From positions 1 to 23,813 of the forward strand of contig JAAOXU010000003.1 of NCBI GenBank assembly GCA_018220935.1: a DNA stretch of 23,813 nucleotides, in the 5' to 3' direction. The translations under genes were made by a program, and so were the position numbers. This document shows, one piece after another, positions 8,177 to 16,224 of this stretch (the stretch's first letter is position 1; each line of letters starts with the position of its first letter). Below the pieces are notes generated by a model. That model saw nothing but the letters and a program-made list of their open reading frames with translations, had not been told where the DNA came from and ran no database searches. The stretch is from Candidatus Altiarchaeota archaeon. Lineage in GTDB: Archaea > SpSt-1190.

Positions 8177-8377
8177 TAATTAACCTAATGTCGATTCTAG
8201 TATAAAACCCTTGAGCCTTTTCCTTATAAATAACGTAAAATTGTCGTGTTTGAATTAGTCACTTTCAGGTGTAAACAGTATATAAAGGAGTAATACATAG
8301 TATTATTCCGCAAACCAAATACAGTGAATCTATGTGGTATACACTAAGATTTATTAGGTACCACACTAAGTATCTGT

Positions 8378-8599
8378 ATGAAGAATATAATGATCCGAGA
8401 GGACGTGTATTTGAAAGTTAAAGAGCTAAAAGGAACTAAGAGTTTTTCAGAGATTATTGAAGAACTTGCGAAGTCAAAAATCGAGACTAGAAAACGCAAC
8501 CTACGCTCATATTTTGGGACTTACGAGGACAAACAATCCCGTGAATTAGAAAAATCAATTTCAGAGGTGTTAAGAATTGCCAAAGGCCGCCTATTTTGA
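8378..8599 (+). CDS. vapB: VapB-like antitoxin (archaeal PIN-associated small antitoxin family)
   Basis: 73 aa: MKNIMIREDVYLKVKELKGTKSFSEIIEELAK..., the pattern of small archaeal antitoxins that precede PIN genes. Overlaps the PIN gene by 23 nt. Confidence 0.6.
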   Translation: MKNIMIREDVYLKVKELKGTKSFSEIIEELAKSKIETRKRNLRSYFGTYEDKQSRELEKSISEVLRIAKGRLF

Positions 8600-8978
8600 T
8601 GTTAGTGCCATAATTGAACTTCTCAAAGGAGGTAGAGACATATTGTCAATGGTTGAGACGTACCATAATTTTTACACAGGAGCTAGCGTTGCAGCAACAA
8701 TTCTTGGTGGGGAAGAATACATGTATGAAAAAAAGTTCATTAAAAATAAGAAAATTTTAGGCCTTCTAGACTCTCTAGAAGTAATCCCGTTCACTGAAGA
8801 AGACGCTCAAAAAACAGGAGAAATTATAGGTAAAATGAAGGCCTCGGGTCGTGATATTGGCTTAGATGATGCTATGATTGCAGCCCAATGTTATAGAAAG
8901 GGAATTACACTTTTGACTAATAGAAAATCATTTAAAACCATCAAAAATGTTGTGAACCTCGATTTAAAGGAAATTTAG
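8577..8978 (+). CDS. vapC: PIN-domain ribonuclease toxin VapC
   Basis: 133 aa. N-terminal acidic-pocket residue in AAYFDVSAIIELL, a central Glu, and C-terminal GLDDAMIAAQCYRKGITLLTNRKSFKTI, which corresponds to the PIN D..iaA.A.....LlT.D..F motif. Its 3' end overlaps the convergent signal-peptidase gene by 4 nt. Confidence 0.8.
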   Translation: MPKAAYFDVSAIIELLKGGRDILSMVETYHNFYTGASVAATILGGEEYMYEKKFIKNKKILGLLDSLEVIPFTEEDAQKTGEIIGKMKASGRDIGLDDAMIAAQCYRKGITLLTNRKSFKTIKNVVNLDLKEI

Positions 8979-9478
8979 ATTACTGAACCAATAAAAGATA
9001 TAAAATCAGATGGAAAAACCCTAATCCATCCAAGCAACGGAACTAATACTACGGCCTTTCCTTTGAGCCAATCTGGTTTTACTATCCAAGGATCTGGTGA
9101 CGGATTTCTATCGCCCTTAGTAACATAACCTTCTGTTGTCGCGTTTATTACTCTGTGAATTATCGCATAACCTAAATTAGGATTTACATAAACTACCACA
9201 TCTCCAACTTCAACACCCGAGGGTGAACCAATCACAAGTGCGTCCCCTTTGTTAAATCCAAACTCAAGTGGAAACTCAGCAAGTTCGTTTCTACCAAATC
9301 CATGTTGCTCCATCCAGACAAAATAATTGTTTACTGCATGAACATCGTGACTCATACTACTACTCATCACAGCCACAAAAGGAAAACTAGTGCCCAAAAA
9401 TATTCCAAAGATAATACGAAGAATCATGGCAACAGTAAATGCCCACGCAATGTCGTAGAGTATCTTTGAGAATTTCAA
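8975..9478 (-). CDS. signal peptidase I, archaeal Sec11/S26 type
   Basis: 167 aa. N-terminal TM, catalytic Ser box AVMSSSMSH, GDALVI, IIHRV and TKGDRNPSPD, corresponding to the S26 family boxes. ATGA overlap with the upstream RNase Z gene. Confidence 0.8.
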   Translation of the reverse strand: MKFSKILYDIAWAFTVAMILRIIFGIFLGTSFPFVAVMSSSMSHDVHAVNNYFVWMEQHGFGRNELAEFPLEFGFNKGDALVIGSPSGVEVGDVVVYVNPNLGYAIIHRVINATTEGYVTKGDRNPSPDPWIVKPDWLKGKAVVLVPLLGWIRVFPSDFISFIGSVI

Positions 9479-10383
9479 ACTACCAACTCCCCTCGTTTAA
9501 TCACAAATCCCTTCAGGTCTTTTGACAAATATGTATTTGGAAAAACAGTCTTAGCACTTTCTAAAAGAGGTTTAGTATCTAGGTATCTTGGAGAAAAGTG
9601 AGTTAAAATTAAATTTTTAGCTTTAGCCTTTTTCGCTAATTTGGCTGCATCTAAAGAGGTTGAGTGTCCCCGATCTTCTTGTGTCTCACCATCAAGATAA
9701 GTTGACTCATGTATTAGAACTGTTACAGCTTTTGCAGCCAAAGTTGTATTATCACACGGGATTGTATCACCAGAATAAACTAAAGAATCACCAGGAGTAT
9801 CAACTAACCAATCTTCGGGTTTCATTTTTAGTCCATCTATTTCGATTTCTTTACCGTTTTTTAACTCTCTAAATTTTTTATTAGGCGTGAGTTTATGTTT
9901 TTTCATCTTTTTTGAATCAATGTTTTTAGTGTCTTTTTCTTTGAATAAGTAACCTAATGCAGGCGGTCCATGCTCAACTGAAAAAGCAGTAATAGTGTAG
10001 GTTTCTTCTTCAATTCGTTCTCCGTTTTTTAGTTCAATAACTTCAACTGGAAACTTCAAGTTAGAGTATCCTACAGACAATAATTTTTCAATAAATTCTC
10101 TTGTCTTTTTTGGACCATAAATTGTTAGTTTCTTAGTTCTTTCTCCATGAGACATTGAAAAGATAAGTCCTGGAATCCCATAAAAGTGGTCTCCGTGAAA
10201 GTGACTAATGAAAATTTTACTAATTTTATTAGGAGAGAGTCCACTTTGACTGAGTCTAACTTGTACACCTTCACCTGCATCAAAAAGAATACTTTCACCT
10301 TCATGTCTTAATACAAAAGATGTCGTAAAACGCTTTTGAGTTGGCTTCATTGAACCTGTACCTAAAAATATTACTTCAAACAT
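9475..10383 (-). CDS. rnz: ribonuclease Z (tRNA 3' endonuclease, short form)
   Basis: MFEVIFLGTGS...ILFDAGEG...SHFHGDHFYGIPGLIFSM: a metallo-beta-lactamase HxHxDH motif in the tRNase Z arrangement. ATG at 10383, 1 nt after the aspS stop; the track's TTG start at 10404 is less likely. Confidence 0.85.
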   Translation of the reverse strand: MFEVIFLGTGSMKPTQKRFTTSFVLRHEGESILFDAGEGVQVRLSQSGLSPNKISKIFISHFHGDHFYGIPGLIFSMSHGERTKKLTIYGPKKTREFIEKLLSVGYSNLKFPVEVIELKNGERIEEETYTITAFSVEHGPPALGYLFKEKDTKNIDSKKMKKHKLTPNKKFRELKNGKEIEIDGLKMKPEDWLVDTPGDSLVYSGDTIPCDNTTLAAKAVTVLIHESTYLDGETQEDRGHSTSLDAAKLAKKAKAKNLILTHFSPRYLDTKPLLESAKTVFPNTYLSKDLKGFVIKRGELVV

Positions 10384-10384
10384 C

Positions 10385-12133
10385 TCATTTACACCTGAGT
10401 CCAAGCTCTTTTAGAGCTTCTTTATCAGCTTTAGATGGAGCATCCTCCATTGGAGCTCGTCCAGATTTATTTTTTGGGAAAGCAATAACGTCCCTTATAC
10501 TATCAGTTTGTAACATTACTTGAAGCAGTCTATCAAAACCAAATGCAATACCCCCGTGGGGGGGAACTCCATATTTGAAAGCATCAAGCAACATACCAAA
10601 TTTCTCTTGAGCTACAGTTTTATTGATCCCAAGAGTCTTTAACATTTTTTCTTGGAGCTCGTGATCAGTTATCCTAATGCTTCCACCACCAATCTCAACC
10701 CCATTAATTACAATATCATATGCACGAGAAGGAATATTAAGAGTGTCCTCCTTACTAATTTTCTCACCTAAGTGCGCTTCAAAGCCCTTTAAGGGAGAAG
10801 TAAACGGATGATGCATTGGGGTTGCTGATTTGAGAGTCTCACTCCACTCAAAGAGCGGAAATTCTGTGACCCATAAAACTGAAAGTCCTTTCTTCAAATT
10901 AAATTTATCACCAAGAGCAAGTCGAATACCACCCAATGCCAAAACAGTAGGTAACCACTCACCTGCCATAATAAGAGTAGTTCCTTTTTTCTTAGAAAAC
11001 TTCTGTTTTAAGTTATCAGTTAGTTTTGATGCTATTGAACCAGATAGTTCATCGCCATCATATTTTACCCAAGCCACACCAGGAAAGCCATGCGTCTTAG
11101 CTACGTCTTCTAACTTTTTAATTTCTGAGCGTGTTAGGAGTTCTCTTAAGAAAATAGCTTTAACAACCCCACCACCCTTTACTGCAGCCTCAAAAATCCG
11201 TAAACCTGAATCTTCAAAGTCGGTTGTCACATCAACAAATGAAAGTTCAAACCTTAAATCAGGTTTATCTGAACCGTATTTGTCAAGTGCATCATGCCAG
11301 GTAATCTTAGGAAATGGTTTATCTAATTTTATACCAAGAAGTTGAGAATATAATACACTTGTCATACCTTCTGCCAAAGCCATCACATCGTTCTCATCAA
11401 CAAAACTCATTTCGACATCAATTTGTGTGAATTCATATTGTCTATCTTTTCGTAAGTCTTCATCCCTAAAGCACCTAACAATTTGAAAATATTTATCAAT
11501 TCCAGCAACCATTAGGAGTTGTTTGTATTGCTGCGGACTTTGAGGCAAGGCCCAAAAATTTTTCTTGATCACTCGACTTGGAATTAAAAAATCTCTTGCC
11601 CCTTCAGGTGTTGGTTTACTTAATTGAGGAGTCTCGACTTCAACAAATTCCTTCATCTGAAAATAATTTCGGATTATCATCTCGGCCCTGAATCTAAATT
11701 CAAGCATGCGTTGCATTTCACCCCGCCTTAAGTCAAGGTATCTATATTTTAGCCTAGTCTCTTCAGTACTCTCAACACTCGGATTAAAAATTTCAAAAGG
11801 GAGCCGCTCTGCTTTTGACGCCACAACCAAAGTATTGGCCATTATTTCAATTTCACCTGTTTGCATTTCAGGATTTATGTCTTTTCTTTTTTCGACTTTG
11901 CCACTTACAATTAAAACGGATTCTTTGGTTAGACTGTCATATATGTCCTTTAGTTTCTCATCCAAAACAAGTTGAGTTATGCCGTATCTATCCCTTAGAT
12001 CGACAAAGGCCTTTTTCCCAAATTTTCTAATATTATGCGCCCACCCAGCTAAGACTACCTCTTTACCCTCATCTTTTTTTGTCAATTCACCACAGGTATG
12101 AGTTCTAAGCACTCTAGAAATTGATTTGCTCAT
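10385..12133 (-). CDS. aspS: aspartyl-tRNA synthetase, bacterial-type (with GAD insertion; possibly non-discriminating)
   Basis: 582 aa. N-terminal OB anticodon-binding domain, class-II motifs (FRDEDLRKDRQYEFTQIDVEMSF; YDIVINGVEIGGGSIRI; GGIAFGFDRLLQ) and a GAD-like insertion. Length and motifs are of the bacterial rather than the about 430-aa archaeal type. Confidence 0.9.
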   Translation of the reverse strand: MSKSISRVLRTHTCGELTKKDEGKEVVLAGWAHNIRKFGKKAFVDLRDRYGITQLVLDEKLKDIYDSLTKESVLIVSGKVEKRKDINPEMQTGEIEIMANTLVVASKAERLPFEIFNPSVESTEETRLKYRYLDLRRGEMQRMLEFRFRAEMIIRNYFQMKEFVEVETPQLSKPTPEGARDFLIPSRVIKKNFWALPQSPQQYKQLLMVAGIDKYFQIVRCFRDEDLRKDRQYEFTQIDVEMSFVDENDVMALAEGMTSVLYSQLLGIKLDKPFPKITWHDALDKYGSDKPDLRFELSFVDVTTDFEDSGLRIFEAAVKGGGVVKAIFLRELLTRSEIKKLEDVAKTHGFPGVAWVKYDGDELSGSIASKLTDNLKQKFSKKKGTTLIMAGEWLPTVLALGGIRLALGDKFNLKKGLSVLWVTEFPLFEWSETLKSATPMHHPFTSPLKGFEAHLGEKISKEDTLNIPSRAYDIVINGVEIGGGSIRITDHELQEKMLKTLGINKTVAQEKFGMLLDAFKYGVPPHGGIAFGFDRLLQVMLQTDSIRDVIAFPKNKSGRAPMEDAPSKADKEALKELGLRCK

Positions 12134-12710
12134 TAATATGAGTTTCTTTATCTTTTAGAGCCTCAAATACGTGGTGTGAAACTATTGCAGAATACAATAA
12201 ATCCTCCCCAAGAGAACACCCAAGTTCATATGGTATTTCAGACGTATATAATTTAGTAATTTCAGTAAATTCTTTTTGAACGTCCTCTAATAATACACAA
12301 GCAAATTTTGGATCATTTTCTCTTTTAAGAAAAGGTTCAGAAAATTTACCAAAAACAAGGGCAAGTTCCTTTGAATCGTTTAAAGAATAAATTTCATTTA
12401 AAACAGGGTCATAGACCATTGCTTTTGAGGAATTAACACCCAAACTTTGATCATTACCAAGGTATACTGCATGTGTTCTAGGTATACCTTTCATTTCAAC
12501 AACGACTGAATCAATACCACTAAACTCTAGAAAAGTTGCAACGTCATCAAGTCCAGCGCCTTGTGGATTATCACGTCCAAAGTAGTTTATAAGTCCTTCA
12601 AAATCAAGGTCGATTTCTTTTTTTGAAAGTTTGTTATTAGGTTCTAATTTTTTATCAGGCGTCATAAGACCTAAAATTAACCCCGATTTATAAATATTTA
12701 CTACTCTCAC
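12114..12710 (-). CDS. hypothetical protein translationally coupled to aspS
   Basis: 198 aa, GTG start, no family recognised by eye (no TM helices, no obvious nucleotide-binding loop). Overlaps the aspS start by 20 nt on the same strand. Confidence 0.4.
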   Translation of the reverse strand: MRVVNIYKSGLILGLMTPDKKLEPNNKLSKKEIDLDFEGLINYFGRDNPQGAGLDDVATFLEFSGIDSVVVEMKGIPRTHAVYLGNDQSLGVNSSKAMVYDPVLNEIYSLNDSKELALVFGKFSEPFLKRENDPKFACVLLEDVQKEFTEITKLYTSEIPYELGCSLGEDLLYSAIVSHHVFEALKDKETHINEQINF

Positions 12711-12774
12711 AGTACTATATTTAACAATGATAATTTGGCTAAAAAGTTAAAAGAGTGGGGCGTGTAGCTTTTAG

Positions 12775-13848
12775 ATGGCCAAAGTTGATGCGTATAATGT
12801 CAGTGGGGAAGTTGATTATGATAAACTCATTAAAGAATTTGGAGCTAGTTTAATTGATAAAAAATTAGCAAAAAAACTAGACTATCCGCTAGTACCTGAA
12901 CTTTATTTTGCACATAGAGACTTGGATCAAATTATAAAGAAAAAATTCGCAATCATTACAGGTAGAGGACCTAGTATGAATATGCACATGGGTCACCTCA
13001 TTCTTTGGAAATTTATGAAACACCTTCAAGACAAATTTAATACTCATGTTTTCATCCCATTTAGTGATGATGAGAAGCTTCTTGCTCGTGGACTTTCAAT
13101 TGAACATGTAATTCGTATGGATTATGAAAACCTACTAGACATCATTGCTTTAGGATATGACCCAAAAAAGACTGAGATTATGCTTGATCTTGTTAATATG
13201 AAACAAGAAGTGTATAATTTGGCAATTCAGATTAGTTCACATATGACTGCTAATACAGTTAGGAGCGCTATGGGTTTTTCCCCAGAAAGTAATATAGGAC
13301 TACAGTTTTATCCAGCCATGCAAGCGGCTCATATTTTGTATCCTAGTATGAAATTAGGAGTCCCAACAATTGTCCCCATAGGAGTTGATCAGGACGTATT
13401 TGTCAAACTAACACGCGATGTTGCAAAAAAAGTAGGCTTACCAAAACCAGGAGACATTATGAGTAAATTCTTACCAGGGTTAAGTGGTGGAAAGATGAGT
13501 AGTTCAGATCCAAAGACTGCGATTTTCACTACTGATGATTATAGTACGGTTAAGAAAAAAATAATGAATGCATTTACTGGTGGACGTGATACTGTAGAGG
13601 AGCACAGAAAGCACGGGTGTAATACTGAAGTTTGTGTAGTTTGTAAGTATCAAACACTGCTGTATCAAGATTTTGATATTGTAAAAAGATGTTCTGAAGG
13701 TGAGGTTCTTAGTGGTGAGAATAAAGTTAACTTACTTGAAAAAGTTTGGAAAGAACTAGAAGCCCATCAAAAAGCTCGAGAGAAAGCAAAGGATAAAGTT
13801 GGAAAATTTGTACCGGAGCTAGAGGACTACGAGCCCACAGCCCAGTAA
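12775..13848 (+). CDS. trpS: tryptophanyl-tRNA synthetase, archaeal/eukaryotic type
   Basis: 357 aa. Class-I HIGH motif as ITGRGPSMNMHMGHL, GVDQDVF (the G.DQ of TrpRS rather than the G.EQ of archaeal TyrRS), KMSKS as GGKMSSSDP, and the C-terminal FTGGRDTVEEHRKHGCNTEVC region typical of archaeal TrpRS. Confidence 0.8.
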   Translation: MAKVDAYNVSGEVDYDKLIKEFGASLIDKKLAKKLDYPLVPELYFAHRDLDQIIKKKFAIITGRGPSMNMHMGHLILWKFMKHLQDKFNTHVFIPFSDDEKLLARGLSIEHVIRMDYENLLDIIALGYDPKKTEIMLDLVNMKQEVYNLAIQISSHMTANTVRSAMGFSPESNIGLQFYPAMQAAHILYPSMKLGVPTIVPIGVDQDVFVKLTRDVAKKVGLPKPGDIMSKFLPGLSGGKMSSSDPKTAIFTTDDYSTVKKKIMNAFTGGRDTVEEHRKHGCNTEVCVVCKYQTLLYQDFDIVKRCSEGEVLSGENKVNLLEKVWKELEAHQKAREKAKDKVGKFVPELEDYEPTAQ

Positions 13849-13871
13849 ATAAAAAATAAAAATATTTTTTT
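13849..13871. terminator. bidirectional A/T-tract terminator between convergent trpS and tbp
   Basis: AATAAAAAATAAAAATATTTTTTT gives a run of at least 5 T on both strands within the 21-nt convergent gap. Confidence 0.45.
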
Positions 13872-14439
13872 AAGGAAGACTAGGTTTTGGATAAGTATCG
13901 ATTTCTTCTTCAGCAGATATAATCGTATTTTTTAACCAACCAATTGTGCTCTCAATTTCCTCAATAGTTCGCAGTCCAGGAATTATGGCTTTGCCAGTCC
14001 TAAAAACTAAAATTCTAGTTGAACCTTTTCTTAGCTTCATACCAGGAAAAGCTTCTGGATCATATTCAGAATCTGGAATTGCATACGCTAATTCATGAAG
14101 TCTTAGACTTTTATGTAAATCAACACTAACTACAATGTTTCGAACTTCAATTTTGTCGCATGCAACATCAAACCCACTCGAGTTTAATACCTCAACAAGT
14201 CCATCAACTTTTTCTTGTGCTAGTTCAGTGCTTCTTGCACCACTGCATACAAAGTTACCAGAACTGTAAAGTAAAAATCCAACTCCGAAACGTTTTATTC
14301 TAAGTGCTGGGAACTTACCCGGCTCATAGACACTCCCCGAAATTTTATTGTGCATATCAACTAAGACCATCTTGTCTGCCAGTCTTCCAGTGACAACAAC
14401 ATTCTGTACCGCGTATTCCCCCGATTTCTCCGACTCCAC
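13870..14439 (-). CDS. tbp: TATA-box binding protein
   Basis: 189 aa with two imperfect TBP repeats: VQNVVVTGRL...YEPGKFPALRIKRFGVGFLLYSSGNFVCSGARS and VRNIVVSVDL...EYDPEAFPGMKLRKGSTRILVFRTGKAIIPGLRT. Confidence 0.8.
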   Translation of the reverse strand: MESEKSGEYAVQNVVVTGRLADKMVLVDMHNKISGSVYEPGKFPALRIKRFGVGFLLYSSGNFVCSGARSTELAQEKVDGLVEVLNSSGFDVACDKIEVRNIVVSVDLHKSLRLHELAYAIPDSEYDPEAFPGMKLRKGSTRILVFRTGKAIIPGLRTIEEIESTIGWLKNTIISAEEEIDTYPKPSLP

Positions 14440-14453
14440 AGGAAACTTAGGTC

Positions 14454-14936
14454 TTAGGGTTTAAAAACATAAGTATCATTTAGTATATCTATTTGAGCTT
14501 CACTGGAATCAATAGCACTCGTACCAGCAACATCTTCGATAATTAACGTAAAAATAGGAGTCGCTAATAATTTATTAACGGCATTCCCTTTTGCACCCAT
14601 TGCTTGCTTTATTCTACTCAAAACACCTTCTATAGTAGTTATATAACCAGAAGAAGCAGGTCCTGGTCGTACACTTAACCCAATTTCAGGTATACTTATA
14701 CTTCCCGTGGAACTTTTTGCAACCAAAGTATTAAGATCATTTTTATTATTCACTTTAAAAGTTATTCTTCTAGGCTTGTTCATTTTTTCTGGGAAGATGT
14801 CAACACCCTTATAACCACATTCACAATTAAAGGCAAAAAGTGAAACGCCTTCACCCATAAAATCAATTTTATCAATCACCGTAAAGTGAATCATTTTAGT
14901 GCAAACCGGACAATTGAGTTTACCTTGCAATTTCAA
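14454..14936 (-). CDS. ZPR1-type zinc-finger protein
   Basis: 160 aa. CPVC...CECGYKG zinc ribbon followed by the ZPR1 A-domain pattern (SISIPEIGLSV...GYITTIEGVL). Confidence 0.65.
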   Translation of the reverse strand: MKLQGKLNCPVCTKMIHFTVIDKIDFMGEGVSLFAFNCECGYKGVDIFPEKMNKPRRITFKVNNKNDLNTLVAKSSTGSISIPEIGLSVRPGPASSGYITTIEGVLSRIKQAMGAKGNAVNKLLATPIFTLIIEDVAGTSAIDSSEAQIDILNDTYVFKP

Positions 14937-15246
14937 CTACCGGTGGAACCAAGACAATCCAATTATCATCAAGTGCCGCTAAATCTGAACCTGTCACACC
15001 ACAATGCGTCTTGAGACGTTCGATTACCTTCTTTAGTTCACCCATGTCTTTATCACGAAGTGGACTAATCTTTACGAGCAAAACTATGTCACCCTTTCTA
15101 AATTTGGATAAGACCTTTTCAAGATCAGCGTAACGCTCCATTACCATGAGACCCATTTTCAGTCGGCTTTGGGTTTCTTTTTTTACCTTAGCCTCAATCA
15201 CATGCCCCTCTTCTGTTTTATTACCCCTTATTAGATTTCTTAACAT
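14920..15246 (-). CDS. sepF: SepF-like cell-division protein (DUF552-like)
   Basis: 108 aa. KGDIVLLVKISPLRDKDMGELKKVIERLKTHCGVTGSDLAALDDNWIVLVPPVVEI matches the SepF core pattern (g.ivllnl..l....a.r..dfl.G..yal.G.i..i..n.fll.P..v.i). Confidence 0.45.
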   Translation of the reverse strand: MLRNLIRGNKTEEGHVIEAKVKKETQSRLKMGLMVMERYADLEKVLSKFRKGDIVLLVKISPLRDKDMGELKKVIERLKTHCGVTGSDLAALDDNWIVLVPPVVEIAR

Positions 15247-15282
15247 GTAAACACCACTACTAAATTTTATCTGGGGAGTATA

Positions 15283-15576
15283 TTAACCCTTTGCCTCATC
15301 AATTTTTGAGCTGGCTTCACTAGTTTTTTGAGTTGATGCAGTCTCTAGAAGACTTGCTACTTCCCATATTTGAGTTCTAGTATGAAACGGTAAGTTTGGA
15401 TCTTGACTTAATTCATCAAGCATTCCAATAGTTGCACCAATTCTTATGTGGATTCTTTCACCTTCATTATTTAATCGTTTTATTGACAAAGAACAGACAT
15501 CTCGGATATTTTTTGGAACACCCGAATCATCTAAAATCTCTTCGAGAAGTTCTATTGCTCTAGCTAACTCAGTCAT
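15283..15576 (-). CDS. small conserved archaeal protein, UPF0147-like
   Basis: 97 aa. The family assignment rests on recalled resemblance of GVPKNIRDVCS...LDELSQDPNLPFHTRTQIWEVASLLE to the UPF0147 family, not on a search. Confidence 0.4.
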   Translation of the reverse strand: MTELARAIELLEEILDDSGVPKNIRDVCSLSIKRLNNEGERIHIRIGATIGMLDELSQDPNLPFHTRTQIWEVASLLETASTQKTSEASSKIDEAKG

Positions 15577-15578
15577 AT

Positions 15579-15908
15579 TTATCGCTCCAGTTTTGAACTT
15601 AATTCTTTCATTTTATCACCAAGCTTTTTCTCTTGGCTTTTTATAGTCATTATTCGTGTATTTAGTTTTTCTTTTGCATCAATTAAATCTTTTAGAACGT
15701 CTACTTTTTTCTTCTTAATAAGTGCAGGCCCTATGGCCTTGTAAACCTCATCAATTTTTTCCTTTTCAAGTTCTTCATGAGCAACCTCAATTTCTTTTAG
15801 TTGAAGCTCAACCTGTTGACGCTGAGAAATTAAAACCTGCATTTGTTGCTGGTAAATATTCACTTGTGTTAACGCGTATTTTTGCTGCGGACTCATTTCT
15901 TTATTCAT
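15579..15908 (-). CDS. pfdB: prefoldin subunit beta
   Basis: 109 aa coiled-coil/beta-hairpin protein: Q-rich N-terminal helix, central EVYKAIGPALIKKKK hairpin, C-terminal helix. ATGA overlap with the Pcc1 gene. Confidence 0.75.
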   Translation of the reverse strand: MNKEMSPQQKYALTQVNIYQQQMQVLISQRQQVELQLKEIEVAHEELEKEKIDEVYKAIGPALIKKKKVDVLKDLIDAKEKLNTRIMTIKSQEKKLGDKMKELSSKLER

Positions 15909-16156
15909 TTTGATACCTCCTCTATCCCTTGTAGGGCACTATATAGTCGAAGCCATGAATTTACTTGAGCCTTTAGGTCTCTCATGGTCTCAACCTTGAT
16001 TGTTATGGTTATTTCGTTATTTTTGTACTTTATGTTTCCTTCAGGTCGTAGTGTTTCGTATATTTCTAACGATGCAGGAAGCTTTAACGTGCCTTGAAAT
16101 GTTTTACCACTGGCGGTCTCATTTTTACTAGTATTTTGTATCCGCAAAATGGACAC
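15905..16156 (-). CDS. pcc1: KEOPS complex subunit Pcc1
   Basis: 83 aa. C-terminal helix DLKAQVNSWLRLYSALQGIEEV matches the Pcc1 signature (LRA.vNSylRw...a..v). Same length and register as archaeal Pcc1. The GTG start lies inside the rpoP coding region (out-of-frame overlap of about 73 nt). Confidence 0.55.
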   Translation of the reverse strand: MSILRIQNTSKNETASGKTFQGTLKLPASLEIYETLRPEGNIKYKNNEITITIKVETMRDLKAQVNSWLRLYSALQGIEEVSK

Positions 16157-16224
16157 CTCACTTTTTCAACTCTAAGGTCCACATTAACTACTTTTCCACA
16201 CTTAAGACATCTGTATGTTCCCAC
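16084..16224 (-). CDS. rpoP: DNA-directed RNA polymerase subunit P (RpoP/Rpb12), missed by the at-least-60-aa ORF track
   Basis: Hand translation of the minus strand from 16224 gives VGTYRCLKCGKVVNVDLRVEKVRCPFCGYKILVKMRPPVVKHFKAR*. This is the RpoP zinc ribbon (C-x2-C...RCP-x-CG-x-KIL) in 46 codons. The GTG start shares one nucleotide with the L37ae TAG stop. Confidence 0.75.
   Translation of the reverse strand: MGTYRCLKCGKVVNVDLRVEKVRCPFCGYKILVKMRPPVVKHFKAR

Noticed and set aside
9660-10523. Antisense ORFs 9660..9872 and 10341..10523
   Set aside because: Embedded in the rnz and aspS genes. Low complexity.
10830-12030. Three plus-strand ORFs (171, 89 and 71 aa) antisense to aspS
   Set aside because: Fully embedded in a confidently identified CDS, low complexity, no independent signals.
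15446-15913. Antisense ORFs 15446..15646 and 15722..15913
   Set aside because: Embedded in the UPF0147-like and prefoldin genes. Low complexity.
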